Below, in pieces: positions 1 through 8,437 of a stretch of DNA of 64,000 bases. Source of the stretch: an uncultured delta proteobacterium. GTDB taxonomy: Bacteria; Desulfobacterota; Binatia; Binatales; Binataceae. The DNA lies in assembly GCA_963808235.1 (NCBI GenBank), contig CAWEEQ010000004.1, positions 224,001 to 288,000 on the forward strand, given 5' to 3'. The position numbers and the translations under genes are program-made. The notes below the pieces were generated by a model. The model searched no databases and had not been told where the DNA came from. It saw nothing but the letters and a program-made list of their open reading frames with translations. The number at the start of each line of letters is the position of its first letter. Positions within the stretch are counted from its first letter, which is position 1.

Positions 1-1
1 T

Positions 2-385
2 CTGCCGGTAGTAACTGTCGGCGTTGGATTCGGCATTGACTATTCTATTTATATAGTAAGTCGAATTATTGAGGAGCTTGCGCTCGGCCACGACCTGAAA
101 GACAGTACCTATACCGCGCTTATCACCTCGGGCAAGGCGGTCGCCTTCACCGCGCTGACCCTGGTTGCGTCGGTGCTGTTCTGGTACTGGTCGAGCATCC
201 GCTTCGACGCCGAGATGGGCCTGCTGCTGGCGGTCTGGATGTTCGTCTCGATGCTTGGCGCGATGACTATTCTCCCCGTGCTGATCGTTACTTTCGATCC
301 TGCTTTCATCCGGCGCGAGCGGGATCGCGTGATCGCATCGAGGCGTCCCGATCTCGAGAGCCGCACGGTGGCAGCTTCTTCCTAG
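2..385 (+). CDS. MMPL/RND-family transporter, C-terminal fragment (5' end outside the window)
   Basis: Open frame from base 2 reads LPVVTVGVGFGIDYSIYIVSRIIEE...SGKAVAFTALTL...MGLLLAVWM, the GxGxDY transmembrane motif of MMPL proteins. Confidence 0.85.
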   Translation: MPVVTVGVGFGIDYSIYIVSRIIEELALGHDLKDSTYTALITSGKAVAFTALTLVASVLFWYWSSIRFDAEMGLLLAVWMFVSMLGAMTILPVLIVTFDPAFIRRERDRVIASRRPDLESRTVAASS

Positions 386-422
386 CAACGGGTCGAGTGG
401 CTAATCTCGTCCCGTGCCTCAA

Positions 423-807
423 ATGAAACTCGAGCGCCTGGATCATTTCGGCATCGAAGTAGCGGACCTGGTCGCGCGCGGAGAACTTCTACACCGGCGT
501 GCTCGGACTGCGCGTCGCTGCTCGCCTCGGCGACCAGGTGCTGCTCGATTGCGGCGGCCAGAACCTCGCCCTGTTCGAAGTACCGCGCCCCGCGCTCGAC
601 GCTGCCGCGCGCAATTCGATCATTTCGCATCCGCTCGGCCGCGGTCATCATGCATTCGCGGTGAGTCGCGACGATTTCGTGGGCGCGCGCGAGCGCCTGG
701 CTGAGGCCGGCGTCGAGAGCGCGCCGCCGATCGATTGGGGCGATCACGATTGCATCTACTTTCTCGATCCCGACGGCAATCTGCTCGAGATGGTGTGCTA
801 CCGCTGA
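423..807 (+). pseudogene. VOC/glyoxalase-family protein with a one-base insertion near 470 (pseudogene or sequencing error)
   Basis: ATG 423 gives MKLERLDHFGIEVADL. The next frame continues SRAENFYTGVLGL...HHAF...IYFLDPDGNLLE, completing the VOC signatures. Confidence 0.75.
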
Positions 808-817
808 ACCCGGGCTG

Positions 818-1771
818 ATGACGAACTCCGGACCCATCATCGACGCGCAGAATCTCCGCAAGCAGTATGGCGACCGGGTCGTCGTTGACGGCGTGTCGAT
901 TTCCGTTAACGCGGGCGAAGTCGTTGGTTTGCTTGGTCCCAACGGCGCGGGAAAGACCACCACGCTCTCGATGTTATCGGGCGTGATTGCGCCGGACTCG
1001 GGACGGGTGTCGATCGCCGGCTACGATCTCGCCGCGGCGCCGGTCAAGGCGCGCAGCAAGCTCGGGTTGGTGCCGCAATCGCTCGCGCTGTATCCGACCC
1101 TTAGCGCGCTCGAAAATCTTTTGTTCTTCGGCCGCATGCAGGGACTGTCATCGCGCGACGCTTTGGATCGCGCGCGCGGCCTGCTCGATGAGGTTGGACT
1201 GGGCGATCGCAGCGACGATCTGGTGGGCGAGTTTTCCGGCGGAATGAAGCGCCGCCTCAATCTCGCCTGCGGGATGCTTCATTTTCCGGCCGCGATTATG
1301 CTCGATGAGCCCACTGTCGGCGTCGATCCGCAATCGCGCGGACGAATCTTCGCCGTGATCGAGGCAGCCTCGCAGAGCGGCGGCGCGATCCTCTACAGCA
1401 CGCACTACATGGAAGAAGCGGAACGGCTATGCAACCGGATCGTCCTGATCGATCACGGCAAGATAGTAGCGCAAGGTACCGACGCCGAATTGATCGCGCT
1501 GGCCGGCAACGAGCCGCGCCTTGAAATCGTCACCAAAAAAGCGCTGCCCCCCGGATGGTCCAACGGAATCGCCGGCGTCAACGAACTCCCGTGGGTGGTG
1601 CTCGACGAATATGCGGCGGCGCTCACCCTCGCCACGATCGACCAGGTCCCCGACGTGATCCGCCGCGCCGGCGAAGTCGGCGACGAGGTCGTCGAATTCC
1701 ACGTCCATCGGCCCAACCTCCAGGACGCTTTTCTGAAACTCACCGGGCACGCCTTGCGCGACGCGCGATGA
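818..1771 (+). CDS. ABC-2 type exporter ATP-binding subunit
   Basis: Walker A GPNGAGKTT, signature FSGGM, Walker B IMLDEPT, H-loop STH. Confidence 0.95.
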   Translation: MTNSGPIIDAQNLRKQYGDRVVVDGVSISVNAGEVVGLLGPNGAGKTTTLSMLSGVIAPDSGRVSIAGYDLAAAPVKARSKLGLVPQSLALYPTLSALENLLFFGRMQGLSSRDALDRARGLLDEVGLGDRSDDLVGEFSGGMKRRLNLACGMLHFPAAIMLDEPTVGVDPQSRGRIFAVIEAASQSGGAILYSTHYMEEAERLCNRIVLIDHGKIVAQGTDAELIALAGNEPRLEIVTKKALPPGWSNGIAGVNELPWVVLDEYAAALTLATIDQVPDVIRRAGEVGDEVVEFHVHRPNLQDAFLKLTGHALRDAR

Positions 1772-1816
1772 GCAATATGGTACAACCGCGCGCGGCAATA
1801 CGTTGCCGCTGAGACG

Positions 1817-3544
1817 ATGATGCTCCGCGCGGTATGGCTGACAATTGGCAAGGAGTTCCTGCTCATCCGCCGCGACCGGGTGGGCTTGTTCATGCTGATC
1901 CTTGCGCCCATCGCGGTGATCGCGGCGGCCGGATTCTCGCTGGCGAAAATTTACGGCGGACGGACCGCGTCGCCCGGAGGTTACGCCATCGCGGTTGTCG
2001 ACGAAGATCGCGGCGCTGTCGCGCGCGCGATTCTCGACGCGATCGGCCGTCAGTCCAACCTCGTGGTGGTTCATTCTGTCGATCGCGCCGACGCCGAAAA
2101 CCTCGTTCGCAAGCGCAAGCTCGCGGTGGTCGGAATCGTCATCCCGAAGGCGACTACCGATGCGATCGAACACGGGAAGCCGGCGCGGCTCATCCTCTAT
2201 ACCGATCCGGTCAAATACCTGCAGACCATCAAGGTCGAGCTCATGATTGCGGATCTGTGCCGGGTTGTCACCGCCGGCGCTGCCGATCAGGCGCGAAAAC
2301 AGGCGCTCGAACAGAGCCGCGGCATTAAGGATCAAATCGACCAGGCCCGCGCGTCGGCCGAGCATGCTCGCGATCAAGCATCGCGCCTGTCACGTGAGGC
2401 GGCGTCATCGCAGGCCGCGGTCGAGGCAAAATTGCGCAAGCAGATCGAGTCCGCACTGAACGCCGCTCGCGATCGCACCCGGGCTGCACTCGGTGCCGAG
2501 TTGGATCGTGTCCAGCACAAGTTGGACGCAGACGCCGCCGCCCGCGAGGTCAAGCTGAACGAGCTCAAGGATTTTCTCAGTCGCCTCGATGCCGCTCACG
2601 TTCAATTCGAAAACTGGTTTGCTCAATTGAAATCGCTTGCAGGGAGCCGCGCCGCGAACATTCCGCCACCACCGAGCATCCCCAATTTGCCGGCTGATCT
2701 CGATCTCAGCGCGCTCAACGCCGCGCCGGTCGGCGAACTCCGCGACGCCAGGCGCGATCTCGATAGCGCGCTCAAGAGTCAGCCGGTCGATATCAATCTG
2801 CCGCAGATGCCCGCGATGCCGAAAATTCCGGCCGTGGACATTCCGCATATGCCGGCGTTCGATTCCAATCTCGCGATACCCGGAACCCTCGGATATACCG
2901 AAGTCGATCTGAACGGCAACGAAATCGGCACCGGCAGCGGTTTCAACGCGTTCGATCTCCAGGTGCCCGGCTTCGCAGTGACTTTTCTTCTGATCGGAAT
3001 GTTGATGGGCGTGTCGCTGGCGTTGATCGACGAGCACGATTGGGGAACTCTCGAACGCCTGCGCTCCGGATCGGCGCCGCTGTGGACTACCCTCACTGGA
3101 AAGCTGCTCGCGCGATTCGTGGTCGGCTTCATCCAGATGATCGTGTTGCTCGCGGCGGGATGGGTGTTGTTCGGAATTTCACTCGGACGCACGCCGGCGG
3201 CACTGCTGATGCCCGCGGCGGCAATCGCGTTCGCGGGCGCCGCCTTCGGCCTCATCGTGGCCGGAATCGGACGTACCCGCGACGCCGTACTCCCAGTGGG
3301 CGCGATCGTGATAATGACGATGGCGGCAATCGGGGGATGCTGGTGGCCAATCGATTTCGAACCGGTCCGGATGCAACAGGTGGCGCTCGCGTTGCCGACG
3401 ACCTGGGCGATGCGCGCGTTCAACGATCTGATGATTCGCAATCTCGCGGCGTCGGCCGCGCTGATCCCCACGGCCGTGAATTTTGGATTTGGTATCCTCT
3501 ACACGATTGTCGGCGTCGCGATTGCCCGCCGCCGCTTCGGATGA
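1817..3544 (+). CDS. ABC-2 exporter permease with a long helical/coiled-coil extracytoplasmic insertion
   Basis: N-terminal KEFLLIRRD plus TM helix; C-terminal EHDWGTLERL..P and multi-TM ABC-2 membrane domain. Confidence 0.9.
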   Translation: MMLRAVWLTIGKEFLLIRRDRVGLFMLILAPIAVIAAAGFSLAKIYGGRTASPGGYAIAVVDEDRGAVARAILDAIGRQSNLVVVHSVDRADAENLVRKRKLAVVGIVIPKATTDAIEHGKPARLILYTDPVKYLQTIKVELMIADLCRVVTAGAADQARKQALEQSRGIKDQIDQARASAEHARDQASRLSREAASSQAAVEAKLRKQIESALNAARDRTRAALGAELDRVQHKLDADAAAREVKLNELKDFLSRLDAAHVQFENWFAQLKSLAGSRAANIPPPPSIPNLPADLDLSALNAAPVGELRDARRDLDSALKSQPVDINLPQMPAMPKIPAVDIPHMPAFDSNLAIPGTLGYTEVDLNGNEIGTGSGFNAFDLQVPGFAVTFLLIGMLMGVSLALIDEHDWGTLERLRSGSAPLWTTLTGKLLARFVVGFIQMIVLLAAGWVLFGISLGRTPAALLMPAAAIAFAGAAFGLIVAGIGRTRDAVLPVGAIVIMTMAAIGGCWWPIDFEPVRMQQVALALPTTWAMRAFNDLMIRNLAASAALIPTAVNFGFGILYTIVGVAIARRRFG

Positions 3545-3640
3545 TCGCGCTAGCAATTCGGATGATCGCGTTCACCAACTCGCCGAGCAAGGAGCAATTT
3601 TCCATTGAAGACTTCCGCAACTGAATTTCGCCAACCCCTG

Positions 3641-4264
3641 ATGCGCGCGCTTCTTCTGTTCCTTGCCGCACTGGCGCCGATATTTATTGCCCCGCGCGTT
3701 GCGAGCGCGGAACATTTGCACCTGAAGATCGATCCCGATCGAAGCACCGTCAGCGCCGCCGTTGCGGAGCCCGCGGCATGGATTCGCGGCACTGCGACCG
3801 GGATGTTTCATATCGTCGACGGCGAAATAAGCGGCGATCTCACAAACATCCAGGGCACTGGAAAGGTGAGGGTGCTGATCGACGCAACCAGTTATCACAG
3901 CGATAGCGTATCGCGCGATCGCGCCGTCACCGGGACTGCACTCGAGTCCGACAAATATCCGACTATCGGATTCCAAAGTAACACCGTCGTCGGCGTCGTC
4001 TTGAGCAGGCCCTACGAAGGCACCGCGATCGTCAATGGCTTCCTTACCCTGCACGGCGAAACGCATCCGATGACGTTGCCGATTCACGCCGTCCTCGCCA
4101 CCGACGGCACCTTCGTGGGTGACGGCGAAGTGAAGTTCAAGTATGACGATTTCGGGGTGCGTGTTCCCGGCGTATTGTTCGGCGCGATCCTCGCCGGCGA
4201 CGAGGTGACCGTGCGCTACCACATCGTCGCAGTCAACGCCGGGCCGCCGGCCCAGGGTAAGTAG
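3641..4264 (+). CDS. YceI-family periplasmic lipid/polyisoprenoid-binding protein
   Basis: Signal peptide, IDPDRSTV, RD...L...KYPTI, G.LTLHGETHP, DFGV. An alternative TTG start lies at 3605. Confidence 0.85.
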   Translation: MRALLLFLAALAPIFIAPRVASAEHLHLKIDPDRSTVSAAVAEPAAWIRGTATGMFHIVDGEISGDLTNIQGTGKVRVLIDATSYHSDSVSRDRAVTGTALESDKYPTIGFQSNTVVGVVLSRPYEGTAIVNGFLTLHGETHPMTLPIHAVLATDGTFVGDGEVKFKYDDFGVRVPGVLFGAILAGDEVTVRYHIVAVNAGPPAQGK

Positions 4265-4269
4265 CAGCC

Positions 4270-5193
4270 ATGCCGGATCTGACGATTTTTTCTCCGAAGA
4301 ACGCAAAGATGCCGGCGGCGGTCGCCGCGCTCGCAGCCGCCATAGAAGCCGATGGCGGCACTGCGATGGCGGCGTACCAGGAGCCGATCGGCGACCACTG
4401 GCAACTGTTCGCGATGCTCCCGATTGCGCTCGTGCAGCCGACCCCGTACCAGCGCGACCTATCGCCGGCGCATCTGAAGCGAATGATCGAAGTGATGAAG
4501 AAGATCGATCGCTTCACCGAGCCGATCGTGGTTGTGCGCTCCGCGAACCTCTACTGGACTCCCAATGGAAACCATCGCCGCGCCGCGGCGGTGAAGTCCG
4601 GCGCCAAGATGATTCCCGCAATTGTGATTCCCGAGCCTGAGGTCGCATTTCAAATCCTCGCGCTGAACACCGAGAAAGCGCACAACCTCCGCGACAAGGC
4701 GCTCGAAGTAATCAGGATGTATCGCGCCCGCCTCGAAGAGCATCCGAAAACGAACGAAAAAGATTTCGCATTCGAGTTCGAGCGAGCCCACTTCATCACC
4801 CTCGGCGTCCTCTACGAAAAGAAGCCGCGCTTTTCCGGCGGCGTTTACGCGCCGCTGCTGAGCCGCGTCGATGGATTTCTGAACAAGCCGCTCAAAGATG
4901 CTATCGATGAGCGCGTCGAGCGCGCCGAGCAGGTGGAACGCGCCGATGAATTGGTGGTCGAACTCGTCATCAAGGGCAAGAAGCGCGGCCTGATGCATCC
5001 CTATTTGAAGAACTTCATCATCGCGCGCTCCAATCCGCTCTCCCGCGCGCGCAAAAACCTGCCAAGCTGCAAGTCAGCGCTATCGAGCCTGGTCAAGGCG
5101 CTCGAGGAATTCGATCTCGGCAAAATTCACTTCGGCCAAATCCGCGACGCCGCCCAAATAGCAGCCGCCACTTCTGTCGCAGAGCCCAGCTGA
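4270..5193 (+). CDS. ParB/Srx N-terminal domain protein (orphan ParB-like)
   Basis: VQPTPYQRDLS, EPIVV...TPNGNHRRAA (GxxR-type motif), LALNTEK. Confidence 0.8.
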   Translation: MPDLTIFSPKNAKMPAAVAALAAAIEADGGTAMAAYQEPIGDHWQLFAMLPIALVQPTPYQRDLSPAHLKRMIEVMKKIDRFTEPIVVVRSANLYWTPNGNHRRAAAVKSGAKMIPAIVIPEPEVAFQILALNTEKAHNLRDKALEVIRMYRARLEEHPKTNEKDFAFEFERAHFITLGVLYEKKPRFSGGVYAPLLSRVDGFLNKPLKDAIDERVERAEQVERADELVVELVIKGKKRGLMHPYLKNFIIARSNPLSRARKNLPSCKSALSSLVKALEEFDLGKIHFGQIRDAAQIAAATSVAEPS

Positions 5194-5198
5194 GAGAT

Positions 5199-6845
5199 TT
5201 ACGCGGCGGCGGGAGCCTGCGCGAGTTCGAAGGCGCCCAGCTCGAGTCCGTCGTTCGAGCGCAGCACAATCTTGGTCGAGAGCCGCTGCTCCAGCGTCTC
5301 GAGGTCTTTCGCGCCGTGATCGTACAGGTAGCGCGCAACTTCCGGATTGAGCTTGACGATCAGCATCTCGCCGGCCGAACGGCGAACCGCCTCGCGCTGA
5401 ACGCCGCGCAGCACCTCGGCGGCCATCGTCGGCACCGACTTGACCACTCGACGCCCTTCGCATCGCGGACAGTTGTCGGTCAGCAGTTTCTCCAAACTCT
5501 CGCGCGTGCGCTTGCGCGTCATCTGCACCAGCCCGAGTTCCGAAATCTTGAGCGCCGAGGTGCGCGCCTTGTCGCGCTTGAGTGCCATCGCGAGCGCGTC
5601 GCTGACTTTCTTGCGATCGCCCTCGCGCGCCATGTCGATGAAATCGACAATAATAATTCCGCCTATATTGCGGAGTCTCAGTTGATTAACTACTTCCTCT
5701 ACTGCTTCGAGGTTGGTCTTTAGTACAGTGTCGTCCTGGCTCCGCTTGCCGACGAAGCGGCCGGTATTAACATCGATAGCAGTTAGTGCCTCCGCCTGAT
5801 CGAAAACCAGGTAGCCACCCGACTTGAGCCACACCTTGCGATCGAGTGCGCGTTCGATTTGCGGTTCTATATTAAAGCGATCGAATAGCGGCTCGTTGTC
5901 GTCATGAAGCATCACCCGCGCGCGCAAGCGCGGCATGTAGTTCTGCACGAACTGCACGATTCGGCCGTAGGTAGTCGGATCGTCGCACCAGAGCTTGTCC
6001 ACCTCGCTGGAAAACATGTCGCGCACGATTCGCAACGCGACGTCGAGGTCGCTGTAGAGAATCGACGCGGGCGGCATGCTCTCATTCTTGCGCAGGATCG
6101 AGGCCCACAGCTTGGTCAGGAACGCGACGTCGCGCTGGATCTCGCGACGGCTCACTCCCTCGCACGCGGTGCGCACGATGAATCCGCCCTGCGCCGGCCG
6201 CAGCTCGCTGACGTCCGCACGCAGGCGCGCGCGTTCCTCGGCACTCGCGATCCGCCGCGACACCCCGATGTGATTGCTGGTCGGCGTGAACACCAGATGC
6301 CGCCCCGGCAGCGAGATCGAGGACGTCAGCCGCGCGCCCTTGGTGCCCATCGGCTCCTTGGCGATCTGAACGATTATTTCCTGCCCGCGCCGGAGCTGCT
6401 GCTCGATCGGCAGACGGCTCCGCTGCGGTTGTTGCCGCCGTCCGCGCCCGCGACGCCGCCCGCGTGGTCGCGGTTGCGGACTTCCGTCGCCGTCCGACGC
6501 GCTTGCCGCTTCGTCCACTGCTTGGACATCCGCATCCGCGAACTCGCTGTCACCGACCGGCTCCGTCTCGACATCTTCTTCGCCGAGCACTTCCGCAACC
6601 GTGCTGAGCGCCGAAATCCCATCCTGGAAATCCGAGACGTGCAGGAAGCCCGCCTTCTCGAGCCCGATATCCACGAACGCCGCCTGCATCCCGGGCAGCA
6701 CCCGCGTAACTTTTCCCTTGTAGATATTTCCCGCGAGCCCGACTTGCCGGTTCCGCTCGAGGTAAAATTCGGCGAGCTGATTATCTTCGAGCAGCGCCAC
6801 CCGCACCTCCAGTGCGGAAGCGTTAATTGCGATTTCTCGTTTCAC
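5199..6845 (-). CDS. rng: Rne/Rng-family ribonuclease (RNase G/E)
   Basis: GNIYKGKVTRVLPGMQAAFVDIG S1 region, KEPMGTKGARLT, AIDVNTG, LRLRNIGGIIIVDFIDM, CPRCEG. Confidence 0.93.
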   Translation of the reverse strand: MKREIAINASALEVRVALLEDNQLAEFYLERNRQVGLAGNIYKGKVTRVLPGMQAAFVDIGLEKAGFLHVSDFQDGISALSTVAEVLGEEDVETEPVGDSEFADADVQAVDEAASASDGDGSPQPRPRGRRRGRGRRQQPQRSRLPIEQQLRRGQEIIVQIAKEPMGTKGARLTSSISLPGRHLVFTPTSNHIGVSRRIASAEERARLRADVSELRPAQGGFIVRTACEGVSRREIQRDVAFLTKLWASILRKNESMPPASILYSDLDVALRIVRDMFSSEVDKLWCDDPTTYGRIVQFVQNYMPRLRARVMLHDDNEPLFDRFNIEPQIERALDRKVWLKSGGYLVFDQAEALTAIDVNTGRFVGKRSQDDTVLKTNLEAVEEVVNQLRLRNIGGIIIVDFIDMAREGDRKKVSDALAMALKRDKARTSALKISELGLVQMTRKRTRESLEKLLTDNCPRCEGRRVVKSVPTMAAEVLRGVQREAVRRSAGEMLIVKLNPEVARYLYDHGAKDLETLEQRLSTKIVLRSNDGLELGAFELAQAPAAA

Positions 6846-7083
6846 AGATCGAACTCTCTATTGAAGCGGACTCGATCGAAGCAGACTTGCCGCTTGATTC
6901 GACGCGACCAAAATCATCGCGCGATGCTGGTACATCGTTTTATCCTCTGCGTCGAACACTTGCGCTGGATCATACGAGGCACGCCCGACCACCGCAAGCA
7001 AGCGCGATTAGCGCGGCCAATAATAGGCTTTTAATCAACGGTACCTTGACTTGCCATCCTTGGGCCGGTACTCGTCATGGGTA

Positions 7084-7731
7084 ATGTCTGCTGCAGCCGA
7101 AATGGTTGCGCCCAGTCTCCCGGGAGCGGGCCTGCTCAACAGCAAGGTCCTGGTCCTCAATCGCTCTTACCTCCCGGTTCACGTTACGTCGGTCAAACGA
7201 GCGTTTGCGCTGCTTTATCAGGGCGTTGCGAAGGCCGTCGACGAGCAGTATCACACCTTCGACTTCGACAGCTGGCGCGATCTCTCGATCGAAGTTCAGC
7301 ATGAGCGCCTCGGTATCGTCGACGGATTCATCCGCGTCCCCCGCGTCCTCCTGCTGACCGCCTACGAGCGTGTACCCAAACGCCACGTGCGGTTTTCGCG
7401 CTTCAACATCTTCGCGCGCGACGGCAACACCTGCCAGTACTGCCACAAGCGTTTGCCCCGCACCGAGCTCAACCTCGATCACGTCATTCCCCGCTCGCGC
7501 GGCGGGATGTCCACCTGGGAGAACATCGTCTGCAGCTGCCATCACTGCAATCGCCGCAAGGGTGGCCGCACCCCCGACGAGGCCGGGATGCATCTCTTCC
7601 GCCGGCCCCGACGCCCCGAATGGACCCCATTTTCGTCCGAGATGTTCAGCCTCCGGCGCTACCGCGAGTGGATGCCGTATCTGTCCCAGGTCGACAGCGC
7701 CTACTGGAACACGGAGCTGATCCAGGACTGA
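7084..7731 (+). CDS. HNH endonuclease (McrA-like)
   Basis: KVLVLNRSY N-terminus, RFNIFARDGNTCQYC, LDHVIPRSRGG..TWENIVCSCHHCNRRKG. Confidence 0.9.
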   Translation: MSAAAEMVAPSLPGAGLLNSKVLVLNRSYLPVHVTSVKRAFALLYQGVAKAVDEQYHTFDFDSWRDLSIEVQHERLGIVDGFIRVPRVLLLTAYERVPKRHVRFSRFNIFARDGNTCQYCHKRLPRTELNLDHVIPRSRGGMSTWENIVCSCHHCNRRKGGRTPDEAGMHLFRRPRRPEWTPFSSEMFSLRRYREWMPYLSQVDSAYWNTELIQD

Positions 7732-7767
7732 CCGAAGCTGTCTGCCAATTCGCAGGCTGCGGGCAGG

Positions 7768-8046
7768 TCAGTGGGGAGCGGGTGGTGGTGGTCCAGCCAG
7801 CAGTGCGCTCACAAACAGCGGAAACGTGACGCCGAAATAGAAACACTTGATCGGACTATCATCTTGCCACAGCGCTGAGAATCCACCGCCGGCGGCAACA
7901 TAAATGGCCGTCGCGATCGCATATACCAGCCACGAACTCGGCAGCACCACCGGGGAATCGTGCGCTAGCTTGTACCAACGTATTATTTCTGGCGAGGCGG
8001 CACCGAGCGCTCCGAAGGCAAACCGCTGTTTTCCGGAAAGAGCCAC
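7768..8046 (-). CDS. Small hypothetical membrane protein (about 3 TM)
   Basis: 92-aa ORF with three hydrophobic segments, convergent with the HNH gene. Confidence 0.55.
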   Translation of the reverse strand: MALSGKQRFAFGALGAASPEIIRWYKLAHDSPVVLPSSWLVYAIATAIYVAAGGGFSALWQDDSPIKCFYFGVTFPLFVSALLAGPPPPAPH

Positions 8047-8056
8047 CGAAAAGGAA

Positions 8057-8227
8057 TCAGAACAGCGAAGAAATGTATGTCTTAAGCGGATTACCCAGGG
8101 ACGCTGGAGACAGTTCCACCAAGGCGTACACGATCACCACGAACACCACCAGCAACGCGACCGGCCTCCACAGCTTGTGCAGAAGAAGGTCAGTCCTAAT
8201 CAACTCTATGGAACTATGTGCATTCAT
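8057..8227 (-). CDS. Putative 56-aa single-TM protein
   Basis: Read by hand: MNAHSSIELIRTDLLLHKLWRPVALLVVFVVIVYALVELSPASLGNPLKTYISSLF*, ending 10 nt before the next ORF on the same strand. Confidence 0.35.
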   Translation of the reverse strand: MNAHSSIELIRTDLLLHKLWRPVALLVVFVVIVYALVELSPASLGNPLKTYISSLF

Positions 8228-8437
8228 CAGGATTGCTCAGCCAGTCCTTGAGACATCTGCTCACTTGGAGTTTAGGGGACTCGGATGCCGAAATCCAGAG
8301 ATCGATCGACGCTCGCCCTACATTGTGGTGGGGTTACATCCGCGCCAAGATACGATATGTTGTGTGTGGTATTGACCCTTTGAGGGTTGATTGGGATAGT
8401 TTCCCAAGGTGGATGGTGCGGTGGAGGCGAGGGCAGC

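Noticed and set aside
1768-1812. 14-codon ORF overlapping the ABC ATPase stop codon
   Set aside because: Too short to support; it may be a coupling remnant or chance
3536-3570. 14-nt direct repeat TTCGGATGATCGCG spanning the permease stop codon
   Set aside because: Looks like a small local duplication with no functional context
7084-7731. HNH gene as a mobile homing endonuclease or restriction system
   Set aside because: It resembles the widespread stand-alone HNH family, with host-like composition and no intron, methylase or repeats nearby
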